Origin: Azolla caroliniana
Lineage: Eukaryota; Plantae; Polypodiophyta
Assembly: GCA_043228905.1 (NCBI GenBank)
Contig: JBHGNT010000015.1
Span: 4,588,001-4,652,000 of the forward strand
DNA: 64,000 nt
Direction of reading: 5' to 3'
Shown: positions 48,854-62,818 of the stretch, piece by piece
How positions within the stretch are numbered: position 1 is the first letter of the stretch
Layout of the letters: the number at the start of each line of letters is the position of its first letter
Program-made: the position numbers and the translations under genes
Notes under the pieces: generated by a model
Databases searched by the model: none
Told to the model about the DNA's origin: nothing
What the model saw: the letters and a program-made list of their open reading frames with translations, nothing else

Positions 48854-50090
48854 GTATGCTTGGATGCAAACCTATTGGTGTACCACTAAATAAGAACTGC
48901 AAATTGAGGGCTGATCTGGGAGCCAAAATAGAAGATGTAAACATGTATAGGTCTATGGTGGGCAGCCTCATATATTTGACTATAACAAGACCCGTTTTGA
49001 GTTATGCTGTTGGATTAGTAAACTAGTTTATGCAACAGCCAACAAAGCCACATTTGGATTGCATAAGAAGACTTTCGAGGTATATAAAAGCTACTCAGAA
49101 TTATGGACTGTTTTACAAGGCTGATCTAGACATAAAGTTGGAAGGATATACATATGCTGATTGGGCTAGAAGCCAAACTGACAGAAGATCCACAAGTGGA
49201 TATATGTTTACATTGGGAAGTGCAGCTATTTCATGGAGTAGCAAGAAACAAGCTATTGTTGCATTATCAAGTACTGAAGCTGAGTATAGAGGAGTTGCAA
49301 TAGCTACCTATGAAGAGGTATGGATCAGAAGATTGCTTTCTGATTTGGGAGAATATATAGATGGTGCTGTCACAATTTGGTGTGACAATATGAGCAACAT
49401 TCAGTTGGCAAAAAACCTAGTGTTCCATGCAAGAACAAAGCACATTGAAGTGCATTATCACTTTGTTGGAGAAAAAGTGATTGATGGAGAAGTGGATCTG
49501 CTATATGTAAGTACAAATCAGCAAGTGGCTGATATTCTTACGAAGGGATTGAGCATGGGAAAACATACACAGTTTAGAGACATGATGGGAGTTATAACCA
49601 TCCGCATGGTAGCTGAAAAGCATGAAGAAAAGAAGATTGAAGATGACCTCAAGAAAGGATAAGTTGATCTTGAGGGGGAGTGTTGAGAAGCAAGCTCAAC
49701 AAAGGTATGTGATGCTTATTGAGAAATAAGCTATAGTAGCTATTAGCTAATTAGCTACTAGTGGACATAAAGGTGAAACAACTATTTAGCTACTGACAGC
49801 TATTTAGCTATAGACAGCTAATTAGCTGCATATATAAGTCACTTATGTACTTAGGTAAAAAGTAAGTTGTAGTAAGTAGTAAGTAGAAGAGTGAGAAGAG
49901 TGTAGAGAGTAAGAACAGAAAAATAGAAAACAGACGAGAGCGAGTTGAGCTCCGCGTGTAATGAAGTAGAAGCTTTTGGACTGTGCAAAGGTAAGTCTCC
50001 TTCCCCTTCCCCTTTCTATCTTGAGCACTAAACGATCCAGCACATCACGATCCGCTGTGCAAACAGAAGAGCCGTACTGCCTTCGTAACA

Positions 50091-50685
50091 ATCAAGGGCC
50101 TGAAAACAGAAGACGAATTGGAGACAACCAATTCGGGCTAAAGTGGAATTGAATTGGAAGTGACTGATTCAATTGACATGTTTGATTCGGACATTACGAA
50201 TCGACTGAGGGCCAAGCAGAGGAAAGGGCAGTGAAAGAGGCGCCAACACCGTGATAGCAAGGGAACTGAGAAGGGCCACATGAGCAGACAAGCCGACTGG
50301 AAGGGTCGAAGCGCAAGGAATTGAACGAGTCAAGGAGGGCGAGCGGGGCGTGAAGCTAGGAGAGGCCGGAGCGAAGATCCGAAAAAGCAGATGGAACGTC
50401 AAGTTGAGACTTGAGGGGAGTGTTGAGAGACAAGCTCAACATTGGGTGCGTAAAACCGTGCACACAATATGGCCGTAGCGGTGTGTAAATCGAGAGGCCG
50501 TTAGAATGTTATTCCTCGTAAGGAATAATTTTGGGAGTAAGTGTAGGATGCTCATTTATGAGTGGTCAAGTATTGTAAGTACTTGTGTCAGCCCAATAGT
50601 CAGGGCTTGTATAAAAGGTGCTCACTGAGCACGAAATATGTACAGAGAATACACAGAGAATTATTTTTTAATATAGTTTTCGTTT

Positions 50686-50722
<37 letters not shown>

Positions 50723-50820
50723 TCCTTCTCTGTGATTTCTGCGTTTTACCGAACTGTCGTACTTCCGAACCGTGTACTCTGTCTCTTTCGCATACGCTTC
50801 CGCACACGTATTCTTTTATA
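50091..50820 (+). mobile_element. Copia family A 3' tail and LTR (50421-50820)
   Basis: Tail is homologous to 55248-55560 (reverse strand). PPT TTGAGGGGAG is followed by TGTTGAGAGACAAGCTCAAC. Confidence 0.8.
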
Positions 50821-52817
50821 GTATACAAGGGTGAGTGCTCATGCCGCACCCCGTCGATATTCCCATTAGCCCCGGTTTTCTCACTATGGCCGTGAATCTC
50901 CACGACAGCGGCCCACGTAGCCAAAATGATACCAGACTCTCTTCCAGAGCACCAATATCTTCCTCATTCATTGGATGTGCCTCACTAGCCTCATCTCTAG
51001 AATTCGGCAAGGAATCTGTAGTGGTCAGATTGGTCGGAGGTTGGTAATGTGAAGCCGATTCGTCGAATACAACATCTCGGCTTACTCGAACCTGTTTGGT
51101 CTGAGGGTTATAACATTTATAACTCTTTTGCTTGTCTAGTAGCCGGCAAAGATATATTTCTCGGCTTTGGCATCTAGCTTCCTGGGATTCTGCTCGGCCA
51201 TGAATCTGCAGCAGAAATCATGTCGAATTCCTTCCTTCTACAGATAACTGGAGAGTTGGTTAGAAAAGTATTCTTTCCCACCATCAGACTTGAGACATTT
51301 GATTTTTCGGCATGCTTCCCGTTCGGCAATGCTTTTCACCTTTAAGAAGCACGAGAAGACTTCGCTCCTCTTTTTTATCAGACATGCATAGGTATATCAA
51401 GTAAAGTCATCGATGCTTACGTTATGTGCTGGTCCCCAAACATCCATATGGATCAAATCGAGCTTGGTAAGGAACCGATTACGCTTGTTGGGGAAAGGAC
51501 GCCGATGTTGCTTCCTTAATTGACAACCTCCACATATTTGGCCTTTCTGACCGTTGAATTTCGGTAGGCCGAACACCATAGATTTTGCCTGCATCCCTGA
51601 AGCTTGGGGAAGTTTATGTGGCTGACCCACTTGTGCCACATGTCAATATCCGATTTGACCATCTCGAGGATGAACATCCTCCCTTGTCTGTGTGTGCCCT
51701 GCGATGATCTGGCCTTCTCTTCGATGAAGCACCTAAGGTGAGTGAACCAGACCTGCATCCCCTGATCCACAATTTGTCAAGTACTAATACTAGATTCTTT
51801 GTGATCATCGAGACATGCAAAACGTTCCTCATAATTCCTCTCTGGCCGACATGGCTCAAAGGGACGTCTCCAATGTGATGTTTCGACAACCCCTGGCTAT
51901 TCCAGCTTCTCCAAGGTCAAGAACCATTCCTTATGGTTTGTCATGTGGTTAGACACTCCGGAATCCACATACCACAGCTTCGTCGGTTTCGAGGTGCTTG
52001 AATTGGCCTTGTGCTTCATCACAAATGCATGGCCCGTTTTGGCTTGCCTTGAACCCTCAGCGTAGTACGATCTCTACCGTCTCTCGGAGTCGGCTCTGCT
52101 TGATCCGGATTTGTCCGAATCAACCTGTTTCTTCTAGCACTCACTCTCCTTGTGACCCTTCCGGCCACAATACCAGCAGTTAGGGCTTTGTTTTGCCGGC
52201 TTCTAACTCCACCTTGATTCCCCTGCTTGTGGAGGATCCACTACTATCGACACTTCCTCTATGTCTTTGGTTTTGCTCTTTTTAGCCACCTCCCTTGCGT
52301 GTTGATCCACCTCCTCCACAATGATCATGACGCCTATCTGCCTTCGTGTACAACATCTTGTTGTCAACATGTGTGCTTGTCGACGCACCCATGTGGTTCT
52401 CCTCTACAAGGAGCATCGACTACATGTCAAAAAAGGATGGTGGATTCTCCCTCATGTAGATAATCGTCCGAATAGACCTGAATTTCTGCGCTAGACCATG
52501 GAGACAAATTTGCACCATTTCATCTTCATGTCCTGAAACGTTGATAGATCCCAACGAATCACAGATTTGTTTGATCTTGGTGGGGTAGTTAGTGACCGAC
52601 ATACCTCCTTATCAAACATTGTTGAGCTCCTAACGCAACTGCAACTTCTAGGCTATGATGCTGGTGGTGAAGACCCTCTTCAGGTTCCCCCAAGAATCTT
52701 TTGACGACTTTGCATCCTTGATATAGCTGAGCATCTGATCACTCACACAAAACATGAAGCAGTACAAGACTCGACTTGCTACTTGCTCCCAGGCTGGAAA
52801 GTCTTTGTCCTCCCATC
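50821..52817 (-). mobile_element. Decayed Copia gag-PR-IN fragment
   Basis: DEMVQICLHGL, HIGDVPLSHVGQ, LDLIHMDVWGP. Confidence 0.8.
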
Positions 52818-54796
52818 TGTTAAACCCTTGTTCTCAATGAAATATTGAATGTTACAGATTAGGAACACTGTCTACGCTCAGTCCTTCGACGTAGACCTCA
52901 AGGTGACTGTGTTACAAGGAATGGAACTGTCGTACCGTAAATCGTAATGGGATACTCCCTCATATCCTAGTAGCGTATAAGGGAGAAGGCTACAACTGAA
53001 CTCCTTAGGAAGTGCACTAGTATCCGCACTTACGCATACAGCCTTACGATTAACAGTATGCAACAGAGAAACAAAGAATGCAACAAACAAAACCACAGAT
53101 ATGCACAGAGATCAGAGAAGATAGTATTCTGTTAGGAAAAACGCTCTATGCACCAAAATTACACGCTATCTCTTACAAAGGATTTCTGCCCTTTATATAC
53201 ACAAGGCTTTTAGCCGTTCACGCTTCCCGCGTGAACCGTTACATGCGTTTCTTAACGCTTTACTATATTATAATGCTTCTGCGCTTCTGTCCGTCGGTTA
53301 CTATTCCAGCGGACAACACCTGGCACGCCTGTGGGACAGTGCCATGGCATGTCGGACCCATCCCTTTATTCTTCCTCCAAAATAGCCCGGATGTCTGGTT
53401 CCGCTCTGATGTACTGGTCTGGGGACGACGTAGTGTCCGTAGGCGCGTTGTTGCGCAGTTGTATGTCTTGTACTTGCTCGATGGGGCTTTCCATGGCGTC
53501 AACGTCTCCCTGTGTGGGCGGACTAGGCTTTGCTGGCTCACTCCGTTCTACTGTGGCTGACTCTTCCGTCTGCGGGCTCTCGGTAGGCTGAGGCTTTGTC
53601 CTGTCCGTAACTTCTTTAGTGTTTCTGGCCGTAGTTGTCGTCTCCGGTGAATTGGGTTGAGGTTCCTCCTGTTCGGCGGTATCACTTTCCGGTATCGCGA
53701 TGGGCTCCGCTCTTTGTCGCGTGCTGCCTGCCGTAGTTGTTATCTCCAGTGAAGTGGTCTGAGGTTCCTCATGTTTGGCAGTATCACTTTCTGGTATCGC
53801 GATGGGCTCCGCGTGCTGCCTGCTTGCATGATTCAGTGAAACATATCCTCTTGACTTTCGCCGAAATCGTCTAGTAGTTGCGCGAGTTCCTCGGAGTGCT
53901 AGTCTGCTAGCATGCGATAATCCTGTGCTAGGTTCTCGCATATTGCCGCAATGCCTTCCTCATTGAGTTTGTAGAAACCTCGGTTGTCTTTCCTACGGTT
54001 CTCCCAGTCTGCCCGGTAGGTATGCAACTCCGCTGCTTGTGTTGCCCACGCCATCCAGCCTTTGTCTAGTGCCGCTTGTAATTGCGCCGTAAACCTCTCC
54101 CAATTTGTTTGAAGAAGTATGCGCACGTTGTCGGTTATTACTTGGCAACGGTTTTGCGCTTCTTCTAGGGTTTTCTTGAGGTTTTCGATTTCTTGCTTTC
54201 TGACCGCAACCGCTTCCTCATAATTGCTCTTCATTCCTGCCCATATCTGAGATTCCTTCGAGTGTAATTCCTCCAGCCAGCCCATTTCATTGTTCAGGCG
54301 AATTTCGACCTGATGCCTTACCTCCTGTTCCCGTACGAGCTGCTCGTCATACCACGCTTTCTTCTTTTCCAATAACGCCCGAAGTCCTGTGATCGCCGTT
54401 TCCGACTTTTGGGCTTCCTCCCGTAGTTTGGTCTTTTCTTCTTTCGTGCGGGTGTGCGTCGCTGCCTCCGCTTCGAGTTTCTCTTCGAGGGCCTTCACTG
54501 CCTTTCGGCCTTTGGCCCGAATGTCCTTTTCTCTTTTGGAGGATTGGCGGAGTTCGGATTGGAGGTGGTCAGTCTCGGATTCTGCTAGTTGCATGACCCT
54601 CTTTGCTTTGCTTTTGAGGCGATGGCGATCTGGGCTTCAACCTCTTCTCTTAGGGACTAGGCCTCAACGGTGTTGTCTGTTGGTCGAGATTCCTACTGCA
54701 CCGTAGTTGCGCTCCGTTCCAACTCCGCGATGCGTTCGTTGGTCTTTTGTAGCGTAGCTTGGGTCTATTTCATCGTCTTCTAGACATTTTTGTTTT
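52818..54796 (-). mobile_element. Visible 3' portion of a relative of the 20455-30341 Gypsy: 3' LTR (~52818-53318) plus frameshifted accessory ORF
   Basis: WATQAAELHTYRADWENRRK matches WATNAAELQLLRADVENRRK. The same LTR-adjacent motif TGGCACGCCYGTGGGACAGT is present. Confidence 0.8.
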
Positions 54797-56294
54797 TGTA
54801 AAAAGAATAGCGTGCAGAAGCAATAGAAAACCGAACATAGAAACGCAGGTTTAATGGAGAGCTTGAATATACACAGTATGTGGGAGAGACAGACAAAGAG
54901 AGGGAATGCACACAAAAACTCAATTAAAAAATAATACTCAGTCTGTACATAGGATGTGCTCAGTGAGCACTTTTATACAAGTCCATACGGACTGACAGAA
55001 GTACTGGCACGTACTTCAATGCTCATAAGTGAGCTCTACACTAACTCCCAAAATATATTCATACGCGGAATATCTTTCCAACAACCTCGCGGTTTATGCA
55101 CCGCTATGACATCTCGTTGCGTACTGGTTTGCGTAATAGTTTACGCACCCGGTTTACGCACTAGTCGAGCCTAACCGATTAGTCCCAACTGATCCAGTTC
55201 TCAGCTTGCACAGCCGATCCAGCCAATGTTGAGCTTGTATCTCAACACTCCCCCTCAAGCTCAACTTGAGGTTCCATCTGCTCTTCCAGATCTACGCTCT
55301 GGTTCCTTCTAGCTTCACGCCTTGCTCGCGCTCCTCGACCTATTCGATTCCGCGCACCTCAACCCTTCTGGTCGGCTTGCATGCTCATGCGGCCCTTCTC
55401 AGCTCCATTCCTATCGCGGTGTTGACGCTTCTTCTATTGCCTTCTCTTCCGCTTGGACCTCAATTGATTTGGCGTATCCGAACCGACTCAGCTTCCTCCG
55501 ATCGATTTTCGCTTTCGTCCGAGTTGGCTGTCTCCAACTCGTCTTCGGTCTTCTCGCCCTTGGTTGGCTTCGGCTCTTTCTTTCGACTGCTCCCGTTATA
55601 TCCGCTTTCAGAATCTTTTGCGGATCCGCCCTCGGCTTCTTCAGCCGATCCGAAATTGAAATTGAAATCGTCATCCGACTCGGCGTCGTAGTCTTCTGGA
55701 ACTTCTCTCCCCCTTCTTTGGTCATTCGGGATGTCTCTCCCCCTCAAGTTCGGCACGTCGAGGTGATGCAACCCAAGCACACCCAAGAATTGCCGCAACT
55801 TGTCCAGACCAAGAGGCTTGGTGAAGATGTCGGCGGTCTGCCGATCCATCAGAACATACTGAAGTTCGACTTCACCAGAGAGGACACGCTCACAGACGAA
55901 ATGGTAGTGCACCTCACTGTGCTTAGTGTGGGCGTGGAAGACGAGGTTCTTTGCTAGCTAGATATTACTGAGGTTGTCGCAGTAGATTGTCGTTGGATCG
56001 GATACCTCCACCTGCAGATCCTTAAGTAGCCACTTCAACCATATGGCTTTGCATGTCGTGACAACCGCTCCTCTATACTCGGCTTCGGTGCTCGACAACA
56101 CAACTGTCGGCTGCTTCTTGTTACTCCACGCAATCGCGGCACTCCCAAGAGAGAATGCGAAACTGGATGTGGATCAGCGATCGACGACGTTGCCGGCCCA
56201 GTCGGCAAATGTGTAGCCAACCAACTGTGGGGTTGTACCGGTCCGATATAGTAGCCCCCGGTCCTTAGTGCCGCTTACGTACCGCAATACGCGT
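54797..56294 (-). mobile_element. Copia family A 3' part (RNase H, acidic tail, LTR 54797-55247)
   Basis: HYHFVCERV...ADIFTKPLG; PPT TTGAGGGGGAG; LTR TGTTGAG...TTTTTACA. Confidence 0.85.
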
Positions 56295-57176
56295 TGTCGT
56301 AGAGTGAATCACACACTACGTGAAATATGTAAAATACTATATCTGATTTAAAGTACGTTGTCGTGCCTTTCGGCTCCGGATCGTTGCGTGAGTCGGGTGG
56401 GAACCACAGAGGTCTTGGACTAGGAGAAAGAAGTTCGTGAGATAGAGATTAATTATGAGTAAATAGCAAAGAGAAAGATAAGAAACTCGTGAATCACACG
56501 AGTATACTATATTAATTGGTACTTAGGGTGTTAAGAGAGAAGTAGACGTATAAATCGTGAATCCCACGAATAATTTTTGTATTGATTAATCCTTAATCCA
56601 AATAATCAACAACTCTTTACATATTTCTCTCCTCCTTATATAAGGAAGGAAGAGCTAAGCATGGCTTCATGCTTTTTTTTTACAAAAAGTGTTCATGTCC
56701 ACTAAATGTGCATGTGATGCTTTTTTATTTCCTAAGTATAGGGCTCATGCACGCTAGATGTGCATGAGTTATTTTTAGTGTCTCGTGTTTTTTTCTTTTT
56801 CATATATTAAAGAATACACGATTTACCTTTTAATAAAGGTATGCATAAATAAAGGTCTTATACATATTAAATCTATATTTAAAGCACTTAAGATAAGTTA
56901 ATGTAATGGTAAGGTTGGGGTTTGTCAACGTGGAGGTGCAGAGTTTGAATCACGCCCTGCGCAGTAGTGAGTATTTCCTTTCTTTTTACATTTATGTCTC
57001 TTTATCCGGCTCTTCCTTGCCGGTATGCCGTTTTCTTCCTTGCCGGTATGCCGTTTTCCTCCTTGCCGGTATGCCGTTTTTCCTCCTTGCCGGTATGCCG
57101 TTTTCTTCTGGTTCTCCCCGAGCACTCCATTCTCTATCCGGAGGGACAAAAATATAATTTTCACATAGTGTGCAAC

Positions 57177-60100
57177 CTACACTACGACACTCGCCCCCTC
57201 CAAACCCGCACATCCTCCGGTATGTGCCGAAGTTCTTGATTCTTCGTATCCGTCTTCATCCGAAGCTTCCTCCGATTCTCCCCTTATGTCGACTATGAGT
57301 TGTAATCCACTTTCTTCGCTTCCCGCATCATTGTGGTCTTCGTCCGATTGCTCCTCGTTGTCGGCCTCGACTTGGATCACATAAGGTTTGTCGTCGGTCC
57401 GCTTCTTGAAAATCTTCACCCGCTTCCCGGCTATAGGCACTCGTAGTATTGTTCCATCCAACTCGGACAGTCGGTACGTCCCGTTGTTGAAGACCTTCCG
57501 AACCTCGTATGGCCCGAACCACCTTTTCGCGAATTTCCGCATCGTTGTATGTTGATGGTCCAAGCTACTATCATAGACGATCACCCAATCTCCTTCTTCA
57601 ATCCTCCTCGGTCGTAGTCGGTGCTTTGTGTCGAACCGGCTTTTGTTCCGGAACCGTGCTTCGTGTTGTCGGCGTGACGCTTCCGCTACATCTTTCGGTC
57701 TTCCCTCCAGTTGTCGTATCCGGACCGCTAGTAGTTCTTCCCGGCTCATCTCTTCCTTCCACGGTAGTATTGTCCATGTCGCGATTGCGGTTTCCGTTGG
57801 CATTACCGGTGCTTGTCCGGTCATGAGTTCTGCCGGCATGTAACCGGTCACGGAGCTATGCGTCGTCCGATCCGCCCATAGTGCATACGGAAGCATTTGT
57901 GGCCAATCCTTCACCCTTCCGTCGCATGCCTTCGCAAGTGCTTTCACGATCGGACTATGTCCTCGCTCGATCTTCCCGTTGGCCTCCGGATTGTAGGCCG
58001 TTGTCAACGTTAACCGAACTCCATGTTTGGCGAAGAATCCCCTAGCTTTGTCCGAGTCGAGTTCTCCCCGGTCCGCAATCACTTGTCCTACGCAGCCGTA
58101 CCTACAAAACACTTCTTCCAAAAGAAATTGGCACACCGCGGCACACGTTTTCCTCCGAAGCGCTCGACCTTCAACTTGGTTTGTGAGATCTTCTCGAGCT
58201 AACACCAAGTATTTCTTTTGTCCAATCCCGGTCGGCATAGCTACAATGTCGACCATCCACTTGAAGTTGATTGTCGGTGAGAATGTCGGATGCAGCTCAT
58301 CTCGGTGTCGGACCCCGGAGTAGACTTGACATTTCTCGCAGCTTTCTGTGAACTCCGCGACATCTTTATACATGTTCTTCCACCAATATCTTTGCTTGAT
58401 TTTCACAAAAGTTGCCCATGTTCCTCGATGTCCAGCCCAATCGGATTCGTGGAACTCGGACATTATCCGGTTTCGTTGCTCTTTCGTCCCGACTACTCGA
58501 AGTGGTATCCCATCCGGTCTTTTCGGCGTCCTCCATATTAAACCGTTTTCCAAGAAGAACTTTTGGACTTGCCTCTTCTTCCTTCGGATCTCGGCTCTCC
58601 TTTCTTTATCATTGGTTGAATCCTCGACCTCTTGTAGCATCTTCCCGATCATCAAGGTTTCCCCCTCGTATTCTTCTTCCCGGAATTCTCGGATCACGTT
58701 CACTCGGCATATGTGTTCTGACGTGAAGTAGTCTTCGGAAACTTCTTCATTATCTGATTCGGTTATGTCGTCTTCAAACCGCGCCCTCGATAACATGTCC
58801 GCTACCGCGTTGTCCTTCCCCGAGATGTGTCGAACCTCCGGATTAAGTGACTTGACATATGCAATCCACCTTAGCATAGCCACATCCGGTATCGTACAAC
58901 ACCGCATCATCCCGAGTATCGGAAGACAATCCGTCTCGATCACCACTTCAGCTCCGATCAAATAATCCCAATCCGATTTTATCGCCGACACGACTCCCCA
59001 CAATTCTCTTTTGACTTGTGCATATCCGCGTTGCCTTTCGTTGAGGACCTTTGCTCCAAATCGGATCGGATACCGCGAACCATCCGAGACGGCTTGATTG
59101 ATGACCCACCCGATACCGGTTGGACTTGTATCAACCGTTACTATGATTGGCCGCTCGTAGCTTGGCTTCTTAAGTGATTCCGCCCTCCATAGTGTCTTCT
59201 TGAGCTTCCTCATGGCTTTAGTGTGTTCCGGTTTCCACTCGAATTTCTTACCTTTCCGCAACAAGTGATAGAGCGGGTCCGCTATATGTGCATAGTGCGG
59301 AATCCATATGTGATAGAATGCACACGCACCTAGAAACCTTCGGACTTCCGATGTTGACTCACATACTTCCTTCATAGCTTGAATCGCATCGATCTTTGTT
59401 GGTGACGGTCTTCGGCCGTAGGGTCCACATAGATGTCCGACCACCAATATTTCTTCTTGCCCGAATGCCGATTTCTCCCCGGAAAGTGTTAGGTGCACAT
59501 CTTCTAGCTTTCGCAACACTTTCTCGCAATCATGAATATGGTCGACCACGAACTTTCGGCATCCCCGATCATCCATAGTCTCATCTTTTTCTTCCACCGC
59601 GCATCCTTTCATCGGAATGTCATCTAGAAACGGCATCGTTATCTCCGGGATGCAATCTCGAAGCACCTTGTTCATCGCGTTCATCATATGTGCAACCGAG
59701 TTTGTCGCTCCTTGTGGTAGTGTGCACATTCGAACTAGTCCTATCGGTGTCCGCATGGTAGTGATGTCTCGGCTCTCCACGGCTAGTTGGAATTGGTCAT
59801 ACCCCGAGTATAGGTCCCCGATGGAGTATATCGCACGTCCGGCAAAAGCTTCCGCGAATTCGTCCACTATCGGACCGACTCCCGAGTTCCGGATCGTGAC
59901 CTTGTTCACCGGTTGCAAGTCTTGGATAAATCGGAGTGACCCATTCTTCTTCGGAACCGTAAACCATCGATTTGAGTACGGAGCACTTGATGGCTCTAGA
60001 ATCCCCATCGCCACCTTCTCCTTGGGTAAGTCGATGACTTTCGGAATATGCGCCCGTGGCACCGGAATCGGCTTCAGGTTCCACGGTACATGATCAATCG

Positions 60101-60790
60101 TGAAAATCACCATCGGCTCCACTATCTTTGGATCAATGCATCCGATCTCCCTCGATGTGAACGCGAATGCTTTGCCATGTTGCTCCAACATCTCTCGAAA
60201 CCGTTTTTCTTCTTCTTGTAAGAGGAACCCACCTCCACCGATCCGAAGTTTCTTCCGGGTCTCATCTGTGAAGGCATGTCCGATATCCACGGACTTCCGA
60301 AGTGTCGGATCTCCCGAGACTTCTTTCTTCTTTTGTTCGCTATCGACGGGTAGTGGTCCCGCGGCCGGTTTCACCTTTTTCTCCACGGTCTTGTATTTCG
60401 TACTTACCATTGCTTCTTCTTTGCGGAGCGCATCCGGCCCCATTTTCGCAACGATCTCGTACATCTCGACCGATTCCACCGGGACTACCCGGTTCCCTTG
60501 GCTTTTATCTTCCGCAAGCTCTTCAAGCCGTTGTAGTGTATTCCCATAGAACACTTCCTCGATCACTCCCACGATTTCTTCGTCTTCTTTTATTATTGAT
60601 GCCGACCGTAACTTATCCTCCACTTGTCGGTATTGTTTCTTCATTCCTCCGGTTACGGCCGTGTACGTAGATGCCCCATCCGGGCCGATTCGTACTTGTT
60701 TTGCTCCGAGAGTTTTCTTCCTGTGTGGGGTATCAGGGCTTCTCGGACTATCACTTCCCCACTCCGCAACAGTCCGCTTTAAAAATCCAT
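57177..60790 (-). CDS. Pol (RT-RNase H-integrase), open frame probably entered by a -1 frameshift
   Basis: LPQGATNSVA, PFLDDIP, VDTSPTGIG, YNPEANGKIERGH, WFGPY. The stop codon lies just inside the 3' LTR. Confidence 0.88.
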
Positions 60791-62818
60791 TCTCACTTGG
60801 GACAAGAGTTCCCTCTTGTTCCTTTCGTGATTTGCCGGCACCGTTAGGAATTGGACGGATTTCCCTCCGTTTTGGCTCCAAATTCGCGCAAAAGCCGCAC
60901 CACTATCGAGCACCTTCGTCTCCATCCATGAAGCCGTGATAAAGGGTTGGCCGAGGATGACAGAATGTGAAACCTCATCCTGCACAAAGAAATTTTGGTC
61001 AATTTCGACATCCCCGATCTTTGCCGTCACATCCGGACAAGCCGCAAATAGGTCTTCTGTCGTTTTCGTGGCTGCCCGAATCTTCCATCCATGGTTGGTG
61101 TTTATAGGCCACTTCCCCTTTCGGTAGAACTCCTTGGACATCAAGTTGATCTCCGATCCGTGATCAATCAATGCTAGCACGGGTTCTTTGATGTTGCCGA
61201 TTCGGACCGGAGTCTCCGTAGTCGCACGTGCCCAGTGTGGCCTTGTATAGTGGGAGTTCGGAATTTCGCCTTCCACTTCGGTGTCGTTCATTGAAACGGT
61301 ATTTGCATTCACCCTTGGAGCATTTTCCTCCGTACTTTATCTCTTCCTTTTCACGAGATCCACGAGAAGATCGTGAAACTCCTTCTTCGCTATTCCGAGT
61401 AGTTCCCGCAGCGAAAAATCTACCCGGCTATCCAAGATTCTTTCCTCGAACACTCTTTTCAAGTCGGTTTGTTGTTCTATGTCCGAGGCGAGCTTGAATG
61501 CCGGAGTCGCCTTTTCTTTTCCCTTACCTCCGGAGTTCCAGCTTTCCGGTACCTTCGATGGTCCGGCCGCATCCTCCGTGCGCCGTCGTTTCTCGTCCAC
61601 ATACACCTCATGTAATTGACACAGGGCGTATATGCTATTCTTGTCGACAGGGCACTCCCATCCCGTAGCTTCCCGGACGCCTTCCGCGGTGTTTCGGATA
61701 TCGTTGGAGTCGGTTTTCTCGGTGTTTCCTAGCACCTCCGGCCAGAAAGACGCCTTCGCTCCCGTTGACTCCCCGACACATATTCCCGCGGTTGTCGCAT
61801 AGTTGCTTCTTGCCGCTAACTCCTCCTCGAGCACCTTCTTCATGCCGCCTTTCCGGAAGTTCGGTCGGAGTGGCTTCCGAGAGTCCATCGAATGAATCCG
61901 GTTTCCCTCGTAGTAGATGAGATCCCGTCGTAGCGCCTCCTTATGGTCGTCGCAATCCCTCCGATCGTGTTCGGCGCTATCGCACCATATGCACCGTCGA
62001 TCCGTATATTTGGAGCTTGTGGGGCGGTCATCCGACTTCTTCACCATCGCGATCTTTAGATTCTCCATCTCCTTTAGCAGCTGCTCCACCGTAGACGCGT
62101 CGACTCCCTTCTCGGCCGTAATCTCCCGAGCCCTCGGTTGATGGTCTTCCAATCCCGTTCTCGGTTTCGGAATCGGTTCCGAAACCCTCTTTTCTTCGTT
62201 GGCAAGCCATTGCCCCCTCTTCGTGTACCGCGCGACGATATCCCGCACGCTTTCCCATGTTTCGGTGAGGCCGCTTTCAGTGGTCGTGTCCTCAAGAAGC
62301 ACTCCGAGATCTTTCCGGTCCCGGACGTCCACAGCTCGCAAAAACATGATGACTTTGTCCGGTGCAAGAATAGTTTGATCTCTCGCGGACAACCTCCCGA
62401 ACCGACTTTCGAATGTCGAAAACACTTCGAGGACCTTCAGCCCCTTACCTGACGTTTCCACCCAATCCTCGAATCCCCTCCGCGTTGCCTTGGAGGAGTC
62501 CTCGATGGCAAACGTGGTCTTTAACGCCTCTTCGAATGCTTCCCACGTCGGATTTTGTTGTTGCAACCCGTGGATACTCCCTTGAAGCCCGTCGGTCGCC
62601 ACCCGGTTAAAGGATGTCACTTGCAGTCCTTCCGAAGCCCGGCACCGGAGCATCTCCGCCTTGTAGTCCTGCAAATATCGCGACACATCCTTACCATTAA
62701 ATTGCCCGTTGCGTTGCACGAGCCGCTCTACTGATGCCGAAATCTCCGACATCGTGCGTTGTTCTTGAAGCATCCGTTCGAACATCGCCATCATATTGTT
62801 AGCTTGTTGAGCCTCCAT
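60779..62818 (-). pseudogene. Gag-protease ORF with one in-frame TAA at 61337
   Basis: CIWCDSAEHDRRDC knuckle, and protease ALIDHGSEINLM in the same frame after the stop. Likely start MEAQQ at 62818. Confidence 0.82.

Larger units (their letters stand above)
40546..50090 (+). mobile_element. AT-rich Copia (family C), 5'-truncated, 3' LTR starting at 49681
   Basis: Integrase VHTDVWGP...RSDGGGEY, RT LIYVDDLI, RNase H RTKHIEVHYHF, PPT TTGAGGGGGAG at 49670-49680. Carries two insertions. Right boundary approximate. Confidence 0.8.
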
